A stretch of 64,000 nt of DNA from contig OZ024744.1 of NCBI GenBank assembly GCA_964016885.1, positions 100,750,001 to 100,814,000 of the forward strand. The letters run 5' to 3'. Below are positions 49,643-64,000 of the stretch, one piece after another (within the stretch, counting starts at the first letter, position 1; every line of letters begins with the position of its first letter). Source of the stretch: Eledone cirrhosa. Its lineage: Eukaryota. Below the pieces are notes generated by a model. It did no database searches, was not told the origin of the DNA, and saw only the letters and a program-made list of their open reading frames with translations. Position numbers and translations under genes: made by a program.

Positions 49643-51816
49643 CCCTTTAACATTTACATTACTCTATATATACTATTGTATTTTCACAGTAGACACTTTA
49701 TCTCACATATCTCATATAACATTTACATTACTCTATATATACTATTGTATTTTCACAGTAAACACTTTATCTCACATAATATCTCACATAACATTTAAAT
49801 TACTCTATATATACTATTGTATTTTCACAGTAGACACTTTATCTCACATAATATCTCACATAACATTTAGATTACTCTATATTTACTATTGTATTTTCAC
49901 AGTAAACACTTTATCTCACATATTTAGATTACTCTATATATACTATTGTATTTTCACAGTAAACACTTTATCTCACATAATATCTTACATAACATTTAAA
50001 TTACTCTATATATACTATTGTATTTTCACAGTAAACACGTTATCTCACATAATATCTCATATAACATTTACATTACTCTATATATACTATTGTATTTTCA
50101 CAGTAGACACTTTACCTCACATAATATCTCACAGAACATTTACATTACTCTATATATACTATTGTATTTTCACAGTAAACACTTTATCTCACATATTTAC
50201 ATTACTCTATATATACTATTGTATTTTCACAGTAAACACTTTACCTCACATAATATCTCACAGAACATTTACATTACTCTATATATACTATTGTATTTTC
50301 ACAGTAAACACTTTATCTCACATAATATCTCGTATAACATTTACATTACTCTATATATACTATTGTATTTTCACAGTAAACACTTTACCTCACATAATAT
50401 CTCATAACATTTACATTACTCTATATATACTATTGTATTTTCACAGTAAACACTTTACCTCACATAATATCTCACATAACATTTACATTACTCTATATAT
50501 ACTATTGTATTTTCACAGTAGACACTTTATCTCACATAATATCTCACATAACATTTACATTACTCTATATATACTATTGTATTTTCACAGTAGACACTTT
50601 ATCTCACATAATATCTCATATAACATTTACATTACTCTATATATACTATTGTATTTTCACAGTAAACACTTTATCTCACATAATATCTCATATAACATTT
50701 ACATTACTCTATATATACTATTGTATTTTCACAGTAGACACTTTATCTCACATAATATCTTACATAACATTTAAATTACTCTATATATACTATTGTATTT
50801 TCACAGTAAACACTTTATCTCACATAATATCTCATATAACATTTACATTACTCTATATATACTATTGTATTTTCACAGTAAACACTTTATCTCACATAAT
50901 ATCTCATATAACATTTACATTACTCTATATATACTATTGTATTTTCACAGTAAACACTTTATCTCACATATTTACATTACTCTATATATACTATTGTATT
51001 TTCACAGTAAACACTTTACCTGACATAATATCTCATATAACATTTACATTACTCTATATATACTATTGTATTTTCACAGTAAACACTTTATCTCACATAA
51101 TATCTCATATAACATTTACATTACTCTATATATACTATTGTATTTTCACAGTAAACACTTTATCTCACATAATATCTCATATAACATTTACATTACTCTA
51201 TATATACTATTGTATTTTCACAGTAAACACTTTATCTCACATAATATCTCACATAACATTTACATTACTCTATATATACTATTGTATTTTCACAGTAAAC
51301 ACTTTATCTCACATAATATCTCATATAGCATTTACATTACTCTATATATACTATTGTATTTTCACAGTAAACACTTTATCTCACATAATATCTCATATAG
51401 CATTTACATTACTCTATATATATTATTGTATTTTCACAGTAAACACTTTATCTCACATAATATCTCATATAGCATTTACATTACTCTATATATACTATTG
51501 TATTTTCACAGTAAACACTTTATCTCACATAATATCTCATATAACATTTACATTACTCTATATATACTACTGTATTTTCACAGTAAACACTTTATCTCAC
51601 ATAATATCTCATATAGCATTTACATTACTCTATATATACTATTGTATTTTCACAGTAAACACTTTATCTCACATAATATCAAATCTACAAAATTTTGATA
51701 TTATGTATTTTGAAAACAATACCTTAACATAAGTATGAGTGGCCAGTTATGGCCAGTTTGAACAGAAAGAGGTGAGAGAATTCTGGCTGGATATGGCTGG
51801 TTTAAACATTAAAGGG
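49643..51816. mobile_element. piggyBac-like MITE with its left part expanded into a 72-bp tandem array (about 28 copies)
   Basis: TTAA-ccctttaacattta at the left end and aaaggg-TTAA at the right end; unit acatttacattactctatatatactattgtattttcacagtaaacactttatctcacataatatctcatata. Confidence 0.92.
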
Positions 51817-52010
51817 TTAAAATAATATTGAAATATGTATATAAATAGGGAGATACAAAGCAGGCTTTGTTTACAAACAGCTAGTGAATTTGAAAATTAG
51901 GTAGTAACATGTGCTTATGCCGTATTTGACTAAATAGAATTAGTCTGTTAGTTGGGATTTTAGTAAACCCTCTGAATGGAAGAAAGGATGAGTATTGATG
52001 TACATGGGAC

Positions 52011-52745
52011 ATCTATCTATCTAAGGCGGGTAAAATTCCCGAGATCCATGGACGAGTTCTCTCCAGCGGTCTCTGTCACTCATTATCGCTGCCATGTCCT
52101 GCATCTCCAACAGACCAGTGTCTGTCCTGAGGGCATCAACATACGTTAACCTTGGTCTTCCTCTTCTAGTGTGTCCATGTAGGGGCTCCCAAAGGAGTAC
52201 TGAGTGTAATGTCAACTCTGGATGTCGGTGAGCATGTCCAGCTAACCTCAGTCTCCTCTGTGTCACTTTTGAGCTGACTTTTGGGATGCTCCCATACAGC
52301 TCTGAGTTTTTCATCCTCAGTGTATACTGATTAATGTTCAGAGCCATCCTCAGCATTCTCGTGTAGCACCCATCCACCATCTGAGTGAGTCTCTTGGTCA
52401 GTGTCCAAGTCTCAGACCCGTACAGCAGCACAGACTCCACTACAGCAATGAAGAGGCGGATTTTCAGGTTTCTACGAAGGTCCGACTTCCACACCGATCT
52501 CAAGCTCTGGCACGCCGCCCAGGCCTTGCTCTTCCTCTCAACCACATCATCTTCCGTATTCCCAATCTTTGCTCCCAAATACAGCAAGTCCTCAACCAAT
52601 TCCAGCGGCTTCCCGCCTACATTAGTGATCCCCTATGGCTTCTCAACATTCTCTACCAGATATTTTGTTTTAGTCTCATTCATTCTCAGCCCCACACTCA
52701 TCGACATAGTCTCAACCTCCCACATCAAATCCTCTGCCTCCTTCA
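52011..52745 (-). mobile_element. RTE/RTEX-like LINE 3' fragment with (TAGA)n tail
   Basis: Open frame ...YLG...VESVLLYGSETWTL...RRLRLAGH...LLWEPLHGHTRRGRPRLTY; exact clade uncertain. Confidence 0.8.
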
Positions 52746-53585
52746 CATGAATATTCTAAACGAGTAATGTCTACTAAACAAGCTATATATAATTTTCTGC
52801 GACTCTGTTATATCATCTTCTGTCTGCGTGAATGTATGTGGGTGTAAAATGAAAGCGGATGGTGAAAAACACAATGCAGTGTGTGAGTTTATGTGTATGT
52901 GTGTGTTTGTGTAAATGTATGTATTTGTGTGAATGTATTTCTGTAAGTACGTCTGTGTTTGTACATTTATATTTATATACTCATACATATAAATGTATGC
53001 ACACGCACATATACACACAGATACGCATACGTGTTAGTGTAACACATATATATACACATAAACGTCAGCGTATAGAAAAAAAATTCTAGTTATTTAAAAT
53101 TTACATGCAGACATTTCTATAGGGTTTAAGGGTTTATGTAATCGATTTATATCACAAATGGTGAACAAAGAATAGTTAGTTACAATTACTAGCAGAAAAA
53201 CCACCCCTTCGGTGGTTTTCTGCTAGCATGTGTAGTGTGCATATTGATATTATACGCAAGTATATATACATGTAGATATAATACATCAAATAAAATCGTA
53301 ATTGACAATATAAAATACATAGAAATTGAAAGAAGACTGTGTTACATTGTCTTACGCAATCAGTAACGTAATCCATGATACATTAAAAAAGACGATATTA
53401 TATATAAACTGCATTAGGAGAAAATTAGTGATGGAAATATATGAATGTTTATTTAAGCGATCGCTAACCGGAAGTGAACATTTGAACATTTTAAAGAAGT
53501 GAATCTTTAAATAAACAGTAAAATATATTTAATCAAAAGCTACGAAATTTAGTAGATAAATTATGTAATATTCATTCATTATTTA

Positions 53586-53766
53586 TTGGCAGTATCGGTA
53601 GAGGGTCGGACGCCATGCTTTCCAGCATAGTTACGTCCCTTTACGGTCTGAGTTCAAATCCCGTCGAGGTTAACTTTGCCTTTCATCCTTACGGGGTCGA
53701 TAAAATAAAGTACCAGTAATGCACTGGGTAATTGCTGGCCTTGTGCCAAATGTAGAAACAATTATT
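53586..53766 (+). mobile_element. Deu-SINE, near full length
   Basis: Family sequence flanked by attatttatt repeats. Confidence 0.85.
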
Positions 53767-53949
53767 TATTTTACAAACTGGATTAAAAGAAATAAACCGT
53801 ACGCAATCCTGCACTACTTACTTTATTATTACAATTATTGATTCATTGCACTTCTAATGCTGTAATATAATAAGGGAGTGTCTGTAAATCTGTGCAGAAC
53901 AAATACTGTGAGGGACTTTCGTCAAACAGAATTGGTTTTCAATTTTCAT

Positions 53950-54343
53950 GGAGGCACATGGCTTAGTGGTTAGAGCATTGGCCTTGCAATCGAAAGGTTG
54001 TGAGTTCAATTCTCAGACCGGGTGATGTGTTGTTTCCTTGAGCAAGACACTTTATTTCACATTGCTCCAGTTTACTCAGCTGTAGAAATGAGATTATAGG
54101 GATTGGAGTCCTTATCATTCCACTGCAAAGTGGTCATGGAGGTGCCACAGCAAAAAAAAAGCACCAAGCCCACACTGTAAAGTGGACGTGTAGGCGCCAC
54201 GGAAAAAAAAAGCACCCAGCACTCACTGTAAAATGAGGTTGGTGTTAGGAAGGGCATCCAGCTGTAGAAATCAAGCCAGAATCAGTTCCCGTCCCACCCT
54301 TGCAAGCAGGGAAAATCGGACATAAAATGAAATGATGATGATG
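53950..54343 (+). mobile_element. CORE-SINE with RTE tail
   Basis: Same family as 8890, with one extra tail subunit. Confidence 0.88.
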
Positions 54344-54419
54344 TTTACATCCTTTACTGATTTACATCAACCTCACACACACACATATCCCCCATGTATA
54401 CTATTTTTTCCTTAAAATC

Positions 54420-55000
<581 letters not shown>

Positions 55001-55040
55001 ATCTATCATATAACATAAATAACAAATATTTACCAAACAC

Positions 55041-55382
55041 ATCATCATCGTCGTTTAATGTCCATATTCCACACTAGCATGGGTCTGGATGGGAGTTTTC
55101 CCACTTGAGGCAAGATTGGATGTCCTGCTCGTATAGGACTGTCTGGCGGGTTTTCTACGGCTGGATGCCCTTCCCAACACCAACCACGTTTACAGTGTGG
55201 GGCTGGGAGGTTTTTACCGTGTTACCTACACGGCCACATTACAGCGTGGACTGTGTGTGTTTTTTTTTTTGTCGTGACACCTACACAACCTCATTTATTT
55301 CGGACTGGATGTTGTGGTACCGACATAACTTTACATTGGAAGGGGTGGTGTGGATGTAGTGGGGGGTAGTGGGACCGGGGTG
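55041..55382 (-). mobile_element. RTE 3'UTR-only insertion
   Basis: Matches 23237-23580. Confidence 0.85.
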
Positions 55383-55496
55383 TATATATATATATATATA
55401 TATTTTTTTATCTAATAAACAACACAATATAATTATTCCATTACCCAATTAAAATCTAATAGATTTTAATTTCATATCTTATATCCAAAATAAAGA

Positions 55497-55568
55497 TTTC
55501 TATCTGATGAGCGGTATCAGACATTTCTGTTAGAATCGTCTGACTTCGTGAAACCTTGGGTAATGGAA
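55497..55568 (+). ncRNA. Type-I hammerhead ribozyme, Penelope-associated type
   Basis: Stem I TTCTAT/ATGGAA; CTGATGA at 55504-55510; stem II GCG/CGT extended by TCAGAC/GTCTGA; GAAA at 55550-55553; stem III CC/GG; GUA cleavage triplet at 55560-55562. Confidence 0.75.
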
Positions 55569-55681
55569 TAATTATATTGTGTTGTTTATTACATAATTAA
55601 ATGGCTCTGTACTATACATAGAGCACTCTTCTTTCCGTTACCTTTTCTATGGAAATACTTAAAACATATATATATATATAT

Positions 55682-55736
55682 ATGTAAGTATGTATGTATA
55701 CGTACATACATATATGTATACAGACGTACAGTAGCA

Positions 55737-55774
<38 letters not shown>

Positions 55775-55991
55775 TACATACAGGTAAACATATATATATG
55801 TACGTATCAGTTTAGCGAACGTTTATTATAACGCCCGCTTTGTTCGTTTGTAATAAACGTTCGCTAAACTGATACGTACATATATATATGTTTACCTGTA
55901 TGTATATATGTGTGTATATATATATATATATATGCATGCTACTGTACGTCTGTATACATATATGTATGTACGTATACATACATACTTACAT
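55682..55991. repeat. Near-perfect palindrome (about 145-bp arms, about 22-nt loop)
   Basis: 55682-55828 is the reverse complement of 55851-55991, apart from the (TA)n tract. Confidence 0.92.
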
Positions 55992-57894
55992 TTAAGTAAG
56001 TGCCGTACTAAGAGTGAGAAATGAAATTTCGTTTCATTATATTACAACTTATATATATATATTTGTAGGAAAATGGAAAACCTCAGCATAAGGAAGCTGT
56101 TAAAACAGCAAAATGATGTTGAAAAGGTGCAGGGTGATCAAGATTGATGGAAGCTATGGAGTAGGAAGACCTGTGACAAGGTGATAAAAGCTGACCTTGT
56201 GCAATTGCACCTTTCTGGTCTTCCACAAACACTTTTTAGTGGGAACTTTTTAGATGCAAATCCCATGGTCAGTCATGAACAAGGAGTCTTTACGCTTTAC
56301 ACACATATGATGGACTCTCCCGTTGATATCCAATGTATGAGTGTCCAACAAAAGTTCAGCTTGACGGGATTGCCGATTTAGTCGCCATATATATATATAA
56401 ACTTTAACAAATTAACAAAGAGAAGACAAGACAACAAACAGAAACAAATCAAAACAAAAAACAATTTTTTAAGGGGAAACCTTAAAAAAATATTTTTAAA
56501 AAATAAAAATACGAAGGACACAGAACTCCATTGTCATTGGACATCGAGAAGGACTTTGGCAGGTTCGACCCCTGGTATCAAAGCATCTGACACAAGCCAA
56601 ACGTTGTCCAGTGGAGTAAGAGGCCAGAGACAAAACATTAATTTATAGTAATTAAGCTACAAGTACACATAGAATTTTGTGTGATGTCAGGGAAAAAGTA
56701 TGGTACTTCTTATAGCATGAAAGTCATGAATGAAACAAAGGAAAAAAAAGGAAGAAAAAAGCAAGATATTGTGTTAAAAACTGTAAGCCATTGAAATAAA
56801 TAGGTGGGGTGAAGGAGAGAAGAGATAACACATTCTTCACATTAGTAATGATAAACTTAAGAAAATTAATAAAGATAAGATAACAAACGGAAACAAAACA
56901 CAATTGTTAGCGATATATATATATAAGTTAACAAGATATCGTTTAACCCTTTAGCATTCACATTACTCTATATATACTATTATATTTTCACGGTAAAGGC
57001 TTTACCTCGCATAATTATCTCACATAATATCGAATCTATGAGATTTTGAAAGTATTTATTTTGAGAACAATACCTTAACATCAGTTTGAGTGGCCAGTTA
57101 CAGCCAGTTTCAACAGAAAAAGGTAGAGAATTCTGGCCGGTTTTGGCCGGTTTGAACATTAAAGGATTAAGGTAATCCAAGTAGAGGTTATGAGTACTCT
57201 GTATCAAGGATAGTTTTAATATTTGGTGTTGTTTGGCTCAACAAGAAGTTTCCTTAGTTGTGGTGTTCGGGTGGCCAATTCAAGACAGTTGGTGGCTCTT
57301 GGAGTAATAATAGTAAATGAGTGAAGAATAACATGGTCGGCTGTACAATAGCGTTTATTCAAAGTATTAACAATTGTTTCAATAGTCTGGTGTCTAAAAA
57401 TCGCTGTTCCTAAGATGCTACGTCACTTGATTTTAATTACAGTCGATATATATATATATACCATCATCATCATCATTTTACGTCCGCGTTTCCCTGCTTG
57501 CAAAGGTGGGACAGGTCCTACTCAACACAGCATCTCTCCATTCGTCAGTCTTTCGTCATCTCCTCCGGGAGCTTCAGCGATCTGAGGTCAGCTCTGCCCC
57601 CTCCACCCATGATTTTCGTGGTCTTCCTCTACTGCGTCTTCCTTCTACTGGGATTTCTTATATATATACACACACAATCAATCAATCATCATCAACATTT
57701 TGTGTGATTTCACATGCATAAGTTGGATAGATCATTTCCAGCACAACCTTTCTTCACTTGTTCTGCTCCTTCATATTCTCCTGTGAGGGTCAGTATTTTG
57801 AGATAAGTTCTAACCATTTCTGCCCAGACCTTCCTTCCCTTGGGATCTCTATGCACACCTTTACAGTCTTTACATATCATCTATACACCAGTCT

Positions 57895-60800
57895 TTACAT
57901 ATCCTCTACATTCACTGTCAATATGTCAATACCATATCTACATATCCTCTACATTAACTGTCAATATCTCACTACCATATCTACATATCCTCTACATTAA
58001 CTGCCAATATCTCACTACCATATCTACATATCCTCTACATTAACTGCCAATATCTCAATACCATATCAACATATCCTCTACATTAACTGCCAATATCTCA
58101 CTACCATATCTACATATCCTCTACATTAACTGCCAATATCTCACTACCATATCAACATATCCTCTACATTCACTGCCAATATCTCACTACCATATCTACA
58201 TATCCTCTACATTAACTGCCAATATCTCACTACCATATCTAGATATCCTCTACATTAACTGTCAATATCTCACTACCATATCTAGATATCCTCTACATTA
58301 ACTGCCAATATCTCACTACCATATCAACATATCCTCTACATTAACTGCCAATATCTCACTACCATATCTAGATATCCTCTACATTCACTGCCAATATGTC
58401 ACTACCATATCAACATATCCTCTACATTCACTGCCAATATGTCACTACCATATCAACATATCCTCTACATTAACTGCCAATATCTCACTACCATATCAAC
58501 ATATCCTCTACATTAACTGTCAATATCTCACTACCATATCTAGATATCCTCTACATTAACTGCCAATATCTCAATACCATATCTACATATCCTCTACATT
58601 AACTGCCAATATCTCACTACCATATCAACATATCCTCTACATTAACTGCCAATATCTCAATACCATATCTACATATCCTCTAGATTAACTGCCAATATCT
58701 CACTACCATATCTAGATATCCTCTACATTAACTGCCAATATCTCACTACCATATCAACATATCCTCTACATTAACTGCCAATATCTCACTACCATATCAA
58801 CATATCCTCTACATTAACTGCCAATATCTCACTACCATATCAACATATCCTCTACATTAACTGCCAATATCTCACTACCATATCAACATATCCTCTACAT
58901 TAACTGCCAATATCTCAATACCATATCTACATATCCTCTAGATTAACTGCCAATATCTCACTACCATATCTAGATATCCTCTACATTAACTGCCAATATC
59001 TCACTACCATATCAACATATCCTCTACATTAACTGCCAATATCTCACTACCATATCAACATATCCTCTACATTAACTGCCAATATCTCACTACCATATCA
59101 ACATATCCTCTACATTAACTGCCAATATCTCACTACCATATCAACATATCCTCTACATTAACTGCCAATATCTCCCTACCATATCTACATATCCTCTACA
59201 TTAACTGCCAATATCTCACTACCATATCTACATATCCTCTACATTAACTGCCAATATCTCACTACCATATCTAGATACCCTCTACATTAACTGCCAATAT
59301 CTCAATACCATATCAACATATCCTCTACATTAACTGCCAATATCTCACTACCATATCTACATATCCTCTACATTAACTGCCAATATCTCAATACCATATC
59401 TAGATATCCTCTACATTCACTGCCAATATCTCACTACCATATCAACATATCCTCTACATTCACTGCCAATATCTCAATACCATATCAACATATCCTCTAC
59501 ATTCACTGCCAATATCTCACTACCATATCAACATATCCTCTACATTCACTGCCAATATCTCAATACCATATCTAGATATCCTCTACATTCACTGCCAATA
59601 TCTCAATACCATATCTACATATCCTCTACATTCACTGCCAATATCTCACTACCATATCAACATATCCTCTACATTAACTGCCAATATTTCACTACCATAT
59701 CAACATATCCTCTACATTAACTGCCAATATCTCACTACCATATCAACATATCCTCTACATTAACTGCCAATATTTCACTACCATATCTACATATCCTCTA
59801 CATTAACTGCCAATATCTCACTACCATATCTACATATCCTCTACATTCACTGCCAATATGTCACTACCATATCTAGATATCCTCTACATTAACTGCCAAT
59901 ATCTCACTACCATATCTAGATATCCTCTACATTCACTGCCAATATCTCACTACCATATCTACATATCCTCTACATTAACTGCCAATATCTCAATACCATA
60001 TCTAGATATCCTCTACATTAACTGCCAATATCTCACTACCATATCTAGATATCCTCTACATTCACTGCCAATATCTCACTACCATATCAACATATCCTCT
60101 ACATTAACTGCCAATATCTCACTACCATATCTAGATATCCTCTACATTAACTGCCAATATCTCACTACCATATCTAGATATCCTCTACATTCACTGCCAA
60201 TATCTCACTACCATATCAACATATCCTCTACATTAACTGCCAATATCTCACTACCATATCTAGATATCCTCTACATTAACTGCCAATATCTCACTACCAT
60301 ATCTACATATCCTCTACATTAACTGCCAATATCTCACTACCATATCTAGATATCCTCTACATTAACTGCCAATATCTCACTACCATATCAACATATCCTC
60401 TACATTAACTGCCAATATCTCACTACCATATCTACATATCCTCTACATTAACTGTCAATATCTCACTACCATATCTACATATCCTCTACATTAACTGCCA
60501 ATATTTCACTACCATATCTACATATCCTCTACATTAACTGCCAATATCTCACTACCATATCTACATATCCTCTACATTAACTGCCAATATCTCACTACCA
60601 TATCTACATATCCTCTACATTAACTGCCAATATCTCACTACCATATCTAGATACCCTCTACATTAACTGCCAATATCTCAATACCATATCAACATATCCT
60701 CTACATTAACTGCCAATATCTCCCTACCATATCAACATATCCTCTACATTAACTGCCAATATCTCACTACCATATCAACATATCCTCTACATTAACTGCC

Positions 60801-61532
60801 AATATCTCACTACCATATCAACATATCCTCTACATTAACTGCCAATATGTCACTACCATATCTACATATCCTCTACATTAACTGCCAATATCTCAATACC
60901 ATATCTACATATCCTCTACATTCACTGCCAATATTTCACTACCATATCAACATATCCTCTACATTAACTGCCAATATGTCACTACCATATCAACATATCC
61001 TCTACATTAACTGCCAATATGTCACTACCATATCAACATATCCTCTACATTAACTGCCAATATTTCACTACCATATCTACATATCCTCTACATTAACTGC
61101 CAATATCTCAATACCATATCTACATATCCTCTACATTAACTGCCAATATCTCACTACCATATCAACATATCCTCTACATTAACTGCCAATATCTCACTAC
61201 CATATCAACATATCCTCTACATTCACTGTCAATATCTCACTACCATATCAACATATCCTCTACATTAACTGCCAATATGTCACTACCATATCAACATATC
61301 CTCTACATTAACTGCCAATATCTCACTACCATATCAACATATCCTCTACATTAACTGCCAATATGTCACTACCATATCTACATATCCTCTACATTAACTG
61401 CCAATATGTCACTACCATATCAACATATCCTCTACATTAACTGCCAATATCTCACTACCATATCAACATATCCTCTACATTAACTGCCAATATGTCAATA
61501 CCATATCTTGATTACTACATTAACTGTCAATA
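57895..61532. repeat. Minisatellite, 43-bp unit, about 84 copies
   Basis: ctacatatcctctacattaactgccaatatctcactaccatat repeated. Confidence 0.97.
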
Positions 61533-61784
61533 TGAATTGTTTTTAACAGTATTACAACTGGTATGAACAACCCTATTTCTTTACAGCTCTCCCACCATGC
61601 TCACCCTGTTTTTAACAGTGCTACAACTGTCACCATTTACCCTGTTGTTTAATGATACTGCTCTTGTGACCATCCTAACTTTTGAAGTATTCCAACCATG
61701 ACAAACCAGTGGAACTACCATGATTCTCTTTCAGCAGTCACCAATCCCATGTATTATATCCCAGGCAATGTTAGATACCATTCT

Positions 61785-63514
61785 ATTATAGAGGTGCAGT
61801 TAACAACATATAATACTATATAGTATAGAGGTCCAGGTAACAACAATACTATATATTATAGAGGTCCAGGAAACAACAATACTATATATTATAGAGGTGC
61901 AGTTAACAACATATAATACTATATAGTATAGAGGTCCAGGTAACAACAATACTATATATTATAGAGGTCCAGGTAACAACAATACTATATATTATAGAGG
62001 TCCAGGTAACAACAATACTATATATTATAGAGGTCCAGGTAACAACAATACTATATATTATAGAGGTCCAGGTAACAACAATACTATATATTATAGAGGT
62101 CCAGTTAACAACAATACTATATATTATCGAGGTCCAGTTAACAACATATAATACTATATATTATAGAGGTCCAGTTAACAACAATACTATATATTATAGA
62201 GGTCCAGTTAACAACAATACTATATATTATAGAGGTCCAGGTAACAACAATACTATATATTATAGAGGTCCAGGTAACAACAATACTATATATTATAGAG
62301 GTCCAGTTAACAACAATACTATATATTATAGAGGTCCAGTTAACAACATATAATACTATATATTATAGAGGTCCAGTTAACAACAATACTATATAGTATA
62401 GAGGTCCAGTTAACAACATATAATACTATATATTATAGAGGTCCAGGTAACAACAATACTATATATTATAGAGGTGCAGTTAACAACAATACTATATATT
62501 ATAGAGGTATAGTTAACAACATATAATACTATATATTATAGAGGTCCAGTTAACAACAATACTATATATTATAGAGGTATAGTTAACAACAATACTATAT
62601 ATTATAGAGGTCCAGTTAACAACAATACTATATATTATAGAGGTCCAGTTAACAACAATACTATATATTATAGAGGTCCAGTTAACAACAATACTATATA
62701 TTATAGAGGTCCAGTTAACAACAATACTATATATTATAGAGGTTCAGTTAACAACAATACTATATATTATAGAGGTCCAGTTAACAACATATAATACTAT
62801 ATATTATAGAGGTCCAGTTAACAACAATACTATATATTATAGAGGTCCAGTTAACAACAATACTATATATTATAGAGGTGCAGTTAACAACAATACTATA
62901 TATTATAGAGGTCCAGTTAACAACATATAATACTATATATTATAGAGGTCCAGTTAACAACAATACTATATATTATAGAGTTCCAGTTAACAACATATAA
63001 TACTATATATTATAGAGGTCCAGTTAACAACAATACTATATATTATAGAGGTCCAGTTAACAACAATACTATATAGTATAGAGGTCCAGTTAACAACATA
63101 TAATACTATATATTATAGAGGTCCAGTTAACAACATATAATACTATATATTATAGAGGTCTAGTTAACAACAATACTATATATTATAGAGGTCCAGTTAA
63201 CAACAATACTATATATTATAGAGCTCCAGTTAACAACAATACTATATATTATAGAGGTCCAGCTAACAACAATACTATATATTATAGAGATCCAGTTAAT
63301 AACAATACTATATATTATAGAGGTCCAGTTAACAACAATACTATATATTATAGAGGTCCAGTTAACAACAATACTATATATTATAGAGGTCCAGCTAACA
63401 ACAATACTATATATTATAGAGATCCAGTTAATAACAATACTATATATTATAGAGGTCCAGTTAACAACAATACTATATATTATAGAGGTCCAGTTAACAA
63501 CAATACTATATATT
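61785..63514. repeat. Minisatellite, 33/37-bp unit, running into the assembly gap
   Basis: tatagaggtccagttaacaacaatactatatat repeated about 50 times. Confidence 0.97.
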
Positions 63515-63714
63515 NNNNNNNNNNNNNNNNNNNNNNNNNNNNNNNNNNNNNNNNNNNNNNNNNNNNNNNNNNNNNNNNNNNNNNNNNNNNNNNNNNNNNN
63601 NNNNNNNNNNNNNNNNNNNNNNNNNNNNNNNNNNNNNNNNNNNNNNNNNNNNNNNNNNNNNNNNNNNNNNNNNNNNNNNNNNNNNNNNNNNNNNNNNNNN
63701 NNNNNNNNNNNNNN
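63515..63714. other. Assembly gap (200 N)
   Basis: Run of N. Confidence 1.
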
Positions 63715-64000
63715 CACACAGTCCACGCTGTAAATGTGGCCGTGTAGGCAACACGGTAAAAACCTCCCAGCCCCACACTGTAAATGTGGTTGGTGTTAGG
63801 AAGGGCATCCAGCTGTAGAAAACCTGCCAGACAGTCCACGCTGTAATGTGGGCCGTGTAGGCAACACGGTAAAAACCTCCCAGCCCCCACACTGTAAATG
63901 TGGTTGGTGTTAGGAAGGGCATCCAGCTGTAGAAAACCCGCCAGACAGTCCTATGCGAGCAAGACAACCACTCTTGCCTCAAGTGGGAAAACCCCCGTCC
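63715..64000 (+). mobile_element. RTE 3'UTR with at least two of the about 112-bp units
   Basis: Reverse complement of 13075-13330. Confidence 0.88.

Noticed and set aside
50018-51698. ORFs (YFHSKHFISHNISYNIYITLYILL)n
   Set aside because: Translation of the 72-bp MITE-derived array.
53189-53226. Bacterial rho-independent terminator
   Set aside because: Eukaryotic intronic context with no prokaryotic genes.
56240-56390. Minus-strand LDINGRVHHMCVK as the ENOPH1 first exon
   Set aside because: Only a superficial resemblance to LDIEGTTTPISFVK; no donor at the right position.
57840-63726. ORFs in the 43-bp and 33-bp arrays; CRISPR-like appearance
   Set aside because: Units are contiguous with no unique spacers, there are no cas genes, and the context is eukaryotic.

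Overview
AT-rich, repeat-dominated eukaryotic DNA. The SINE/LINE repertoire resembles that of an octopod cephalopod (inference from repeat families). One host gene is supported: enolase-phosphatase E1 (ENOPH1/MtnC, methionine salvage) on the minus strand. Five coding exons lie at 49176-49277, 46587-46783, 39787-39919, 31764-31887 and 22864-23054, and one intron has a GC donor. The first coding exon (DIEGT motif) was not found in the window. The rest is mobile DNA: two young RTE LINEs with long open frames and a PHD-like finger, many RTE/CR1/CRE/R4 fragments, CORE- and Deu-type tRNA SINEs, Helitrons, TTAA- and TA-flanked MITEs, about ten minisatellites (two born from the same MITE end), and Penelope-like fold-back termini carrying minimal type-I hammerhead ribozymes. 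There is a 200-N gap at 63515-63714. All family assignments are by eye; no searches were run.
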